Below are positions 28,481 through 38,825 of a DNA stretch of 64,000 nt, one piece after another; within the stretch, counting starts at the first letter, position 1, and each line of letters starts with the position of its first letter. The notes below the pieces were generated by a model. It made no database searches. It had not been told where the DNA came from and saw only the letters and a list, made by a program, of their open reading frames with translations. A program made the translations under genes and the position numbers. The stretch covers positions 38,612-102,611 of IMG/VR virus record IMGVR_UViG_3300014043_000004. One strand, 5' to 3'. Source of the DNA: a virus. Taxonomy: Duplodnaviria; Caudoviricetes.

Positions 28481-29170
28481 TTATTCTTGAGTTAGAACTT
28501 CATTAGTGATAGTCTTGTACCGAGGATCTGATTGATTCTCTACATACATTTGTGCGGCTATCTTAATTATTTCAACCCAAGTATAGTCTTCAAAGTCCTT
28601 ACAATCTTTATAAGGATCTTCGTTTGTTATTTCTTCTGGGACTTTTAAATATCCCAGCGTATAGTTCTTGATTTTGTACTTTTTATCTGTCAAAAGCCTA
28701 AATCCATCCTTTGTTCTTACACGCAAAGGTCTTGCTCGGTGATAACGATAATGAAAGTCTGTAAGCGAGTTGTTTACACGATACATGAAGTTATCAGCTG
28801 TACACTCAAATACGCACGTATCCATTTGATATTCATCGTTCAAATCCGATATGATAATATCTTCGTTTAACACAAACATCATGTCTGTAGGATACGTATA
28901 CTCGTATTCGTTGTATGACGGATGTTCTGTATTCGTAGAAACATCAAAATCTTTCTGTTCCTTCAACAGGTTTATCAGATCACGAGTACGCTTTTCATTC
29001 TGTTCGTACGATGTTCTCTTTGGAGCATTACCATTGAAACGGTCTTTTACAAACTTTACAACTGCTTGGTTGATCCAATACAAAGAGTCATCTGTAACAG
29101 GCTTACTTATAGACTTATCTAGCGCGTTTATCTCAAGCTCAAACGATGCTATTAAATCTATTGTCCTCAT
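28481..29170 (-). CDS. Tail ring protein (229 aa)
   Basis: YWINQAVVKFVK...SYEQNEKRTRDLINL...YLKVP pattern; third of three tandem paralogues. Confidence 0.72.
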   Translation of the reverse strand: MRTIDLIASFELEINALDKSISKPVTDDSLYWINQAVVKFVKDRFNGNAPKRTSYEQNEKRTRDLINLLKEQKDFDVSTNTEHPSYNEYEYTYPTDMMFVLNEDIIISDLNDEYQMDTCVFECTADNFMYRVNNSLTDFHYRYHRARPLRVRTKDGFRLLTDKKYKIKNYTLGYLKVPEEITNEDPYKDCKDFEDYTWVEIIKIAAQMYVENQSDPRYKTITNEVLTQE

Positions 29171-29976
29171 TGCTCATCATCTTGTTTACGTTGCTATTTA
29201 GCCTACTGTCTACGAGCTTCGTCCATCTGACGTTTTCTAGCTTCAGCGCCAGCTACATACTGTACGTATAAATCTACAGCTCCAGACACAAGGTCATCAA
29301 ATACATCCATTGGCAGTTCGCACGAAGTAGATGTCATAAGATCAAAACTCCTAGGTTCTGCGTAATACAGAACTTTAATGCCGAGCGGAGTAGTATATTG
29401 ATCGTATACTACAGTAAGTGTCGGTTTACCGCCGTTATACTTACTCAATACTGCAGCAGGATGCCTCAATATGCGTAAGGTATTATGAGGTGTTTCTACT
29501 AGCTTCCACACATCGTTTTGTGATACAAGTTCGTTTGGAAGAACTCTTATCGAACTGTTGTTCTGCTGTGGGTTACTCTTAAAGCTAAATGTATTGCTTA
29601 CCTTAGATACGCTGCGAACGTACATGTAAAACTGTTTTGATAACGGGTATGTTATAGATCTACCTACATCAGATATTGACACTCCGTTAGGATCTTCAAT
29701 ACTGCTTATATTCTGTACAACACCTTCGTCTGTAACTAAGATCTCTTCGTCTCGAAGCATTGCTTGTAATACAGCTTCTACATGAGCGGATATCTTTGTA
29801 CCAGAAGGGATTTGATCAAGACTCCTGTATATATCGTGTACATACTTATCTTGATACTGATTCAAGAACGAATATATCGTTTCTGTATCAAGCTTGTCGA
29901 ATTCCTTCTCCGGAATCATCGTTTGAACTCTGCGCTCAAACTCTATGCCTAATTGTCTTGTCTCTTCTATACTCAT
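29167..29976 (-). CDS. Tail ring protein (269 aa, TAG read-through)
   Basis: Extends past TAG 29203 (ARRQ*AK*QRKQDDEQ) to TGA overlapping the next ATG (ATGA). Confidence 0.7.
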
Positions 29977-30749
29977 GCTTCAAGTCCTCTCATGTTTAGT
30001 TTTGAATTCAGTCGTTGTGACTCTACATTCTCAAGTGCGAACGCAACAGCAAGGCTTATAAGTTCTTCTGCAACTGTGTCATTACATTCGAACTAATATT
30101 TTGAATTGTCACCTACACCAGGATCGAAATAGCTAACCCACCCTGTAGTTGGTACACTAAGATCCTTCACAAACGTATTAGGTTTCTTAATATACACAAC
30201 GTCGCTAGAACCGTTTTCGATTGTTGGCGGATTTAGCGGATCGTATACAAAATATATCTTTTGATTCTCTATATAGCACACTGGAGTTTTTATCCAAGGC
30301 ATGTTATAAGAAGTTGAAAAGAACTTTGTAGCTGTATTATGATCTACAAGGCGTACAGGAATGATCCTTTCCCTTACGTTGTCGTACGGATTAAACTTAT
30401 TGTCCTCCTTATCTTTATGACCAGCAGGACTACCTTCGTGTTTAAGGTATGATGTTATATAGTACAACATGTCTGTAGGTACATCACACTTGCAAACATT
30501 TGCGTTATCCTGTGTGAGAGCTTCACTCTCCCTCCTTACAAGAGGTTCCAAGTCAGCAATAGCCTTTGTATCAGCCTCAAACGTAGCTCTACGTAAGTTA
30601 TTTCCTGTAATCTTTTGTGCAATCAAAGCGTTATAGGCTTTATCAAGAACAGTAGCAACTTCATATTCTGTTAACGATGGATATGACGAAGTAACATTTG
30701 CCTTGTCATATTCTATCATGAATTTAGTGTATATGTCTTTATGCGTCAT
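29973..30749 (-). CDS. Tail ring protein (258 aa, TAG read-through)
   Basis: Extends past TAG 30093 into EELISLAVAFALENVESQRL, ends at TGA overlapping the next ATG. Confidence 0.75.
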
Positions 30750-30769
30750 ATCTCGTACTAGTGATTAGA

Positions 30770-31522
30770 TCACTTATTATTAGTTTCGTTAATAATAGAA
30801 AGCTTTAGATCCTGATTCTTCTTGTTGTCCAGATAAGCAATGGCGTCCTCAAGACTGTCTGCAAACATATCGCTTCCGTAGAAGTAATGTGTCTTATCCT
30901 TACGAATAACACCTTTAGCGATAGCCTCTTCGAGTATAAATTCAGTCTCCTTAGCTTTATTGTTGACCCACTTGTCGAAGAACTTCTTAGGCTGTTTATC
31001 AACCAGTCCGAACAAAGTAGACTCTACAAGCTCATTAGACATCTTATCTGCCTTTACACCAAATAGACGCAAGCACTTACGCATCTGCTCAAGAGAAAGG
31101 TTATCAAACTCTTTAATAGCTTCTCTACGCTGTTTATTAATCTTATTAGCTTCTACAGCCTCAGCCTCACGATTGATCAACAGATAATCTTTACCTGCAG
31201 TAAGCTTATCGAGTGATGTGGCAACGCGCTTATGACCACTCAAGAACTTAATAATCATAGCCTTGCGAGGAATAGAATCATCAAGAACAATTCCACGAGA
31301 ACCTACTTTTACGCAGAACGTAGTCCAGAAATCACTGTTCTTTGACAAGTGACCGTCTTCATAACCTAAAACCTTTTCGTAATATTTTTCATCTTCGGGC
31401 GTCAATCCCGTATATATCGACCCAGACCGTGTAAAATAAGGAGCAATGTAATCAAAACAATGCCTATATTTAGTCAACCCAGCCCAGGGATTCTTTTTCT
31501 TAATCTTTAATTCAACTACCAT
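30770..31522 (-). CDS. Conserved crAss virion-module protein following the MCP
   Basis: Intact 250-aa ORF directly downstream of the MCP. Confidence 0.65.
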   Translation of the reverse strand: MVVELKIKKKNPWAGLTKYRHCFDYIAPYFTRSGSIYTGLTPEDEKYYEKVLGYEDGHLSKNSDFWTTFCVKVGSRGIVLDDSIPRKAMIIKFLSGHKRVATSLDKLTAGKDYLLINREAEAVEANKINKQRREAIKEFDNLSLEQMRKCLRLFGVKADKMSNELVESTLFGLVDKQPKKFFDKWVNNKAKETEFILEEAIAKGVIRKDKTHYFYGSDMFADSLEDAIAYLDNKKNQDLKLSIINETNNK

Positions 31523-31541
31523 AATATAAAATTAGTATGTT

Positions 31542-31578
31542 GTGTATCGGCAGGGGGCCTAAGCCCCCGTCGAATACA
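31542..31578 (-). promoter_or_regulatory. GC-rich hairpin after MCP (attenuator or mRNA-stabilising stem)
   Basis: ACGGGGGC-TTAG-GCCCCCTG core with extended pairing; no strong U-tract. Confidence 0.5.
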
Positions 31579-31596
31579 TTTATCTTTTTAACAAAA

Positions 31597-33105
31597 TCAA
31601 ATACCGTCGTTGCTGATTTCTGTATCTTCAGCATCGCAGTACAAGATACCGCAAGACAATGGGTTGCGGAGCATGATGCCCATCTCACCGAGGAAGTGTA
31701 CCTGGTAACCATCACGGCTGTTAGAACGCAGCGTAGTGATGCTGTTAGCATAACCATTAGGAGCTACAGAACCACCAGTGAACCACTGTATAAACTCACG
31801 ACCCTTACGACATACCTTTACAATGTTAGCCTGACCGTCACGAGAACCGAGGTCAACAAACAGGAATGTATAAGACATCAGTGGTTTACCAGTCAGTGGG
31901 TGCAACTGACGGAAGATCTCCATGTTATCGAACAAAGCACAACGCTTCAAAGTCAGCTCGATATCGTTGGTCATCTTATAAGTAGTGAACTGTCCACCGA
32001 GGGTCAGGTTCTGACCACTACCGGTTACGAATACAGTATCGATCATATTGAAACTAGCTACCTTCTCTTTCAAGATGCGGTCGAACTCACGAATACCCAT
32101 CTCACCAGTCAAGGCAATGAACTTACGCTCGTTAGTACCAAGCATGTTGTAGCAGAGATCGAAGAGGAAGTCCTCAAGCAACTCAGCTGTCAGAGTTGTG
32201 TAGTAACGTACGTTAGACGGAGAAATCTGCTCAAACAGACCAGACATCTTAGGAACGTAACGACCGTTAGTACCTTTCAGGTTATAAGTACCGTCAGACT
32301 GACGATTACCTTTAGCGAAGAGCAACTCTTTCTCCTCACGTTTCTTCCACTCACGAAGAGCGATCCAGTACTGATAATCAGACCACAGATAAGAAGTTTT
32401 ACCAGACTCAGGATCTTTAAGAGCGATAGCCAATACAGTGCTGTAAGCATCACCGGTAATGTCGTAAGACAGACGGAGTGTCTGCAGCTGGTTACGCATC
32501 TTAAATGGAGTCTGATAGTTGATGATATCAGCCTCATCACTGTACTCCTCGTAAGCAGAACCCATACGGCTTACCTGACGACCAGGCAGCAGGAACTCAC
32601 CAGGAATATAAGCTGCGTTAGACTGATCAACTACATAACACTCGTATACCCATGCGCTACCATCCTGATAAGGAGTACCGCTTACACGTACCTGGAACTT
32701 ATAATCGTCGAATGACAGAATTGCACCGGGTCCGAACCACTTCTCCTCAAGAGCGAGGAAGATAGGCTGACCGTTCATACCAGGAGTTGCCTGAGCGTAG
32801 TTTGCAACAGTAATCTCCTGACCGTTGGCTTTAGCCCAACGAATGTTTACAGCATGCTCGCTGTCGATCATTACAGACCACTCAAACTCGCGGTTCTCAA
32901 TGACCATAGTTTTGCCAAGACCACCAGTAATCAGGTCAATAGCAGTTGATACGCCATCATCCTTAGTACCGAATACCAGTGAAAGCAAACCAGATACCTC
33001 GTGAGGTTTGGTCAGCAGGGCGTTAGAAATCATATTCTCATCCACCAGGTCGCTGAAACGACGTCCGCGATACAGCTGGAGGTTATTAAGTAAACTATTG
33101 TTCAT
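31597..33105 (-). CDS. Major capsid protein (502 aa)
   Basis: Size, position after scaffold, crAss MCP-like sequence (MRNQLQTLRLSYDITGDA; DGYQVHFLGEMGIMLRNPLSCG). Confidence 0.9.
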   Translation of the reverse strand: MNNSLLNNLQLYRGRRFSDLVDENMISNALLTKPHEVSGLLSLVFGTKDDGVSTAIDLITGGLGKTMVIENREFEWSVMIDSEHAVNIRWAKANGQEITVANYAQATPGMNGQPIFLALEEKWFGPGAILSFDDYKFQVRVSGTPYQDGSAWVYECYVVDQSNAAYIPGEFLLPGRQVSRMGSAYEEYSDEADIINYQTPFKMRNQLQTLRLSYDITGDAYSTVLAIALKDPESGKTSYLWSDYQYWIALREWKKREEKELLFAKGNRQSDGTYNLKGTNGRYVPKMSGLFEQISPSNVRYYTTLTAELLEDFLFDLCYNMLGTNERKFIALTGEMGIREFDRILKEKVASFNMIDTVFVTGSGQNLTLGGQFTTYKMTNDIELTLKRCALFDNMEIFRQLHPLTGKPLMSYTFLFVDLGSRDGQANIVKVCRKGREFIQWFTGGSVAPNGYANSITTLRSNSRDGYQVHFLGEMGIMLRNPLSCGILYCDAEDTEISNDGI

Positions 33106-33133
33106 ATATATTTAAATTGTTTAATTAATCTAA

Positions 33134-34300
33134 TCAGAACGCACCTGCAAGTAAGTCCGTAACTGATTTCTGTTTATCTTCGACATTATACTTTGAATGA
33201 TTTTTTTGCTAATGTCGTAACAAATTTCTAAGTTTATCAGCAGCGGATGACTCTCCTTTCTTCTCTGCTTTAGAGATCAAAGCGTCAGCTTTCATCGTAA
33301 AGTATGCGGATTCTATAAGGTTCTTTGATAGATTCTCATTGAAGTCTTTTTGATACTGTGATACACCGTTTTGATCTACTTTGAAAATGTAATCAAACAG
33401 TGCTTTACGATCTTCCTTAGGGATTGCGATACCTCGAATATCTGTAAGAGAGTTGATGTCCTTAGTTACAGATTCGAAGAATGCTCTAGACTGCTCTTCT
33501 TGCTGTCTAGCAAAAGCCTCTTGCTGTTTAGCAGCTTCTTCAACCTCCTGTTTTCTGATCTACTTTAATCTATCTAATGCATCCTCGGACTCTTCATAAA
33601 GCATGTCATTATCCTCATAGCGAGCAATCTTCTTATTAATCTGCTCGTCAGAATAATTACTGTGCTTGAGAAGTTCACGAATAACTGCTTTTTGGTTAAC
33701 TTCGTCTTCCATGTCGATATCGTCAAGCTGTAAACTATCAGACTGTCTTTGATAGAAGTCCTCAAACTTACCGCCATTCCTAACAAACTCATCGAGTTGC
33801 TGTATTCTATCATCAGCATACTCAGGTTTAGAGTTCTGTCTTACTGTATCTGCAAGATACTTTGTAAGTGCATCTACAGTCAGCGGCCTATCTTCCTCGT
33901 CGATATCAGCCATATTCCAACCGAGAGAGTCGCCGATTGCATCGAACAGAAGCCCCACTTGCTGAGCTTCGATGAGGTCTTCCTAAGAAGGCTCTGTATC
34001 GTCTTCTTTAGTCTCCTCTTCCTCTACTTCGGTTGTCGTTGTTTCTGTACCTTTTAGTACATCTTCAGGAATATCACTGTCGTCCTCGTGAGAGTCTTTA
34101 GTGTCATCCGTATCATTGCCGTCCTCAGTATTCACTGGCGGTTCTTTTTCATCTTCTTTCTCTTCTTCAAACGTAATTTTGGTATCGCCTTCCAACAAAG
34201 TGTTCATGTTTGTAACACCATCACCTTGCTCAGCGTTACTATAGATGCTACCAAGAACATCTTCAAACTCGCTTGGTATAGTATTCTTCTTTTTTGCCAT
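33134..34300 (-). CDS. Acidic capsid scaffolding-like protein (388 aa, TAG read-through)
   Basis: Fragments 33560..33958 and 33983..34300 are in frame; TGA 33134; D/E-rich N-terminus, coiled coil; upstream of the MCP. Confidence 0.7.
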
Positions 34301-34352
34301 ATTGCAATATAGTTATTAAAGTTTATTTTATTCAGACTTCATTGTCTGTATT

Positions 34353-34652
34353 TCAATAGTCCATGCCAAGCACGCTAGGACTTATTATATCTGATATTTG
34401 ATGAACAGCCCCTTCTACTTTTAAAGAATCTTTTACTTCGTTTCCATAAATTCTTATAAAATTGTCTGTGGATTTATCTGGATATTGATCAATCCAAAAC
34501 TATGTATCGGGGAATCGGTTTTCTATTTCTTTAAACACTCTTCCAAATTCTTGTACACTACCTTCAGTCTGTTCTGTAAGATCATAACTAAGTCTGTGTA
34601 CTTTATCATCGCTACATTTAATAGCGGTATGTATTATATATTTGTTATTCAT
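34353..34652 (-). CDS. Hypothetical protein (99 aa, 1 TAG; missing from ORF track)
   Basis: MNNKYIIHTAIKCSDDKVHRLSYDL...PDT(Q)FWIDQYPD...GMDY then TGA. Confidence 0.6.
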
Positions 34653-34666
34653 ATAAAATTATAATT

Positions 34667-35935
34667 TTATTTGTTGTGCAGTTCATTCTGCGTATTTGTA
34701 AATAAATGTCCAGCAATAGGATTGCCTATACCAGTCATTAAGTTGTCAATTCTAGGTAAATACGGAGAAGACATTACTTTTTGCGATGGCGTTTTCAACA
34801 AATATACTTCTCCGTTATAAAACCCATCGGCAACGTTGTTTTTCCAATTCTACAACATTTTATTGTAGTCTCCGGAGAATGACACGGAGCCATCGATACC
34901 AGGCATTCGTAAATTGCTATGGTTTCCGTATCTGCCAATTAATTGCTTATCTTTGTAATGTTTCCATACAGAATATGTCTTTGGTGCAGACAGCAAGTCT
35001 CTTCCAGAATATAAACCAGGCATACCTCTATTGGTTACATCTTCTATCACAGCGTCATATAAAGCTCTAGATCCGCCAGGGATTTTAGATTCCACATACC
35101 CTACTTCTGGCGTATTATCATATGTATGTACGTTTATTCTGCCTTTTTGTATACCTTTCCAATCGTAAAGGTCGTATCGTAATTGGTCTCCGGATGTATT
35201 TGTATTTTTTATAACGCGTTTAAATTGTTTTAAATGTTTCAACTCTTTTAATCCGCCAATTCCTAAAGAAAGCAAATCAAACTCCGGAGAAACTATTTCA
35301 AGTCCCGGCTCACCTTTCAAAGCCCACTGTTTATTCCAGTTATATGTATCTGTGTTACCTCCCCTACTCTTAGGGCGCGCAACAAAGTCCTAAAATGCAT
35401 CACTCATTTCATCGTCAGTGATACGTTCCCATCCATTGTTTTTTCCAGCTTGTATGTATTTATAATCATATCTACGTCTAGAACCTGGTTTACCTCCACC
35501 GTGTTTAGGTAATTTCTATCCCCACGCAGGAATATATCTTTCACCATCCCACCTACCTCCTAAAATGCCTTCTGGGTTATACTATGATTTTTTACCGCTG
35601 TATTTAGAATAAACGCTGAATGTTGGATGATATACTGTTTTAAATTCATCGGTCCAGTGATCAATCGCGTTTCCTTTTCCGCCAGGGTATTTATTATAAT
35701 AGCCGCGATAATCATATGTATTATCATTCAATATCCTTGTAAACTCTTCGTCTACAGACAATTCTGGAGAACCTTCTGACCTACGTTCCTTATTCCATTC
35801 GGCATTATTCTATTCTGCCACACGTTCCATGGTATCATAATACTAACGGTCAGAAATTTTACCAGCTTCATACACCTTCTCTCCGGCTTTCCATCTAGCA
35901 AATCTGTCCCTAAACTCTGTAGGATCTTTCTTCAT
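34667..35935 (-). CDS. Modular cargo-like protein (422 aa, TAG read-through)
   Basis: Manually checked open frame from MKKDPTEFRDRFARWKAGE to TAA 34667; includes 34850..35320. Confidence 0.7.
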
Positions 35936-36180
35936 AGTACGTATGTTTTAAACAACGTTTTTACCCCAAATCCTGCAGCAACACCGAGTACTGTAAGACC
36001 AAAGTCTATCCAATCCCATTTATTGCCGTACGATTTGTCTTTAAATTCTAAAGCGCCAGCTACACCGACGCCAGTATATGCAGCACAATAGACGTCTGTA
36101 GAACCTAGTCCTACTATAAAACCACCGATAAGGTGTTGATACCTGTGACTATCCTTAAGCCACTCTATAATTTTTACCAT
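35932..36180 (-). CDS. Small membrane protein
   Basis: 82 aa, hydrophobic, HLIGG...EFKDK...WDWIDF pattern. Confidence 0.65.
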   Translation of the reverse strand: MVKIIEWLKDSHRYQHLIGGFIVGLGSTDVYCAAYTGVGVAGALEFKDKSYGNKWDWIDFGLTVLGVAAGFGVKTLFKTYVL

Positions 36181-36340
36181 AGTTATAAGGATCTATTCTA
36201 TTACCTACTAAGTTAGCTATCACATTATGTATAAAATCGTTAGCTTCATCATGCTGTACTAAGTGAAGTATAGCTCTTAGAAGCTCATTATTCTATCTTG
36301 TAAGCTCTAAGAGCTCTTGTTCTTCACTTCTTGTCATCAT
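36155..36340 (-). CDS. Small hypothetical protein (1 TAG)
   Basis: MMTRSEEQELLELTR(Q)NNELLRAIL...; ATGA overlap with the portal stop. Confidence 0.55.
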
Positions 36341-38823
36341 TTGCCAGAACTTGTTTTATTCTTAAGAGCCGTTTTTGCCTTTAATTGCTCGCGTTCCATT
36401 GCGGCTTTATCTTTGGCTGCCTAAAGATCCATTTCATGTTTCATACGATCTTTCTCCAGCTCTATCTTCTTGTTCTCTATCTCGTTCTTATACTTAGCCT
36501 CTACGCGCTTTGTAAATGCGTCGGAATCAACTTTACGCTGTGCTGTAGCAGCTTTGGCCATTTCGAGCGGATCAGCAACGTTGTTATTGTTAATATCCTT
36601 CTCTTCAGTACCACGATAGGTAGATATCTCAGCTACTGCAATCTTAGTCTGATTATCAGCATCGATCTTATAGCGTTCAAGATCCATCTTAGCTTCCTCA
36701 AGCATAAGCTCTTGTTCGCGCTGCTCATTCTGCATTTGCTGAAGTTGAATAGCTTGTTGCTGTTCTGCTTGCTGCTGTTGCTGCTGAATCTGTTCTTGAC
36801 GAGTCTGCATGTCTAACAACTTCTGCTTGATAATGTTGAAGTTATCGTTCGTAAGAATCTCAGCTGCTTCTAACAAGCTAGCACCGTTCTGCATAGCAGG
36901 TTGTATAAGCTGTTGAAGTTTTTGTATATTCTCCAGATCTTTAGATGTATCTGTTACAAACACATCCATATCTTCGTAATAAAAATCGTTTGGAATGTCT
37001 ACATAAGCACGCTCCCCATTATCGAAGATATAGTTAAGCTTCTTCTTACCTGTCTGCTCCCAAGCACCTTTAGCTGTATTAAGCAGCATATTTAAAGCGT
37101 GACGTTTACATTGATTGTGCGCCCAGAACAAAGGCTCTGTGATGTGTGAAGATTGTACAACACTACGTTCTACATTACCTACAAGTTCGTGAGTACTAAT
37201 AGCACCCATACGCTGTTCTGTAATACCAGATATTGTACCAGCTAGCTGTTCTATCTTATCCATCAACTGAATATACTCAGCGATCACGTTCGACATAGTA
37301 AGATCTAGAGAAGTGATCTGATTAAACGTAGCAGGCTTTCCGCCTTCTCTACCTGGTACATTCCAACCTTCTTCATATGGATTAATAAAGTTTACACCTA
37401 CAGCAGACAGATAATGCATCCACCGCTCTGGAGTAATGTTCATAGACTTTGGAATCTGTGTGATATCCATGTTTACTACTTTTCCTTTATCCCTCGCAAT
37501 AGCCAATTCAAGACGATACCAAAGGACGATATACATATATTGAAGAGGTTTAAGTATAGACACCAAAGACCTAGGACGACTATTAGTGTTAGAATAGATA
37601 CATCCGCAGTATGGAAGCTTTTGAGCGTTAGGGTTATCAATGGAGACGTGCTGATATTCAAGAGGCTGGATGCCAAAATACAAATCAGAACCTGCCCGAT
37701 AACCTTCCCAGACCTCAATAATCCAATCTGGTTCTACAGAGATTTCAGTACCTATCTTTTTGTACGTCTCATCCACGATCTCAGTTTGGATTTCACCAGA
37801 TTCATCTTGATATGTGACATAATATATCTTTTTAAAAGACTTCCAACAGCAGTGATATACGTCAATACAATAACGACTCTTTTGGTCGTATATTGGATTA
37901 TCATATATGTGCATCTGTATACTGTTGAAATTGTCTACGATGTCTTTATCACCATGATCGTTTGTTGGTCTGCCAGTAAGCATTTCGTTAAGCTTGTTCA
38001 AATCTTTTTCTTCAAGCTTATCAAAATATCTATCGTATATCTCAGCTACCGGCAAGCGCATTCTTCTGCAGCACCAAGATCCGTCTTCTATAAATTCTAG
38101 ATCTGGGCTTTTGTCGTACGAGAAGAATAATGGATTTACCCTCTCCAGATAAGGCTCATCGTTCTGTACCCCCACATAGTAGATCTCGGTACCAGCGATA
38201 AGAGCATCTTTCCAACCTTTAATAAATTCATTGTCTATTGTAAGTTTTTCTCGTAAGTACACAAGAGTGTGGTATGCAGCGTTTTCAATTACATCTTTAT
38301 AATCTTTCTGCATATACTTAGCAATAGCTTCTGGTGGCATAACCTCACCACTCTCTAGCTGTTGCTAAAACTATTGTGCTTCTTCAGGACTCATTCTACC
38401 AGTAATGGCAGCCATTATATACTGCATTAACAGTTCTTTCTCTTTGTCCATGAGTTCTGAAGCAGCTTCTTGGGATGTCCTAACAACCTAAAAGTTCATC
38501 GGCCTCTTTGTCTCTTCACCTATAAGGAGGTCTACCTTAGGCCTAATTATATTGAAATCTTGTGGTGTTGCTGGAAATCCCTCTTCGACCTTAAACGGAT
38601 TTGTTATCCGCCTAAAATCTTTTTCGTCGAAGATACTATTATACAAATTATAATAGGTCTACATCTCCCCGAAATGTGTCTTGTTCATACCACCAGACAC
38701 TACGTTTCCCTCTCCAATTATGTAGTTTACACAATCGTGCTACCACTGTTCATTCTTTTTTGATAGCGGAAGCTTTTGTTGCGGGAATGTTGCGTTATAT
38801 AAATTATCTTCTACTCTAATCAT
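36337..38823 (-). CDS. Portal protein (828 aa, TAG read-through)
   Basis: 36421..38340 extended both ways through TAG; follows terminase; ISGITEQRMGAI...LVGNVERSV and Gln-rich coiled-coil C-terminus. Confidence 0.9.
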
Positions 38824-38825
38824 TG

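Noticed and set aside
31537-32715. 392-aa plus-strand ORF, and similar ones such as 1694..2479 and 37414..38100
   Set aside because: Antisense shadows of MCP, RNAP and portal with no recognisable motifs.
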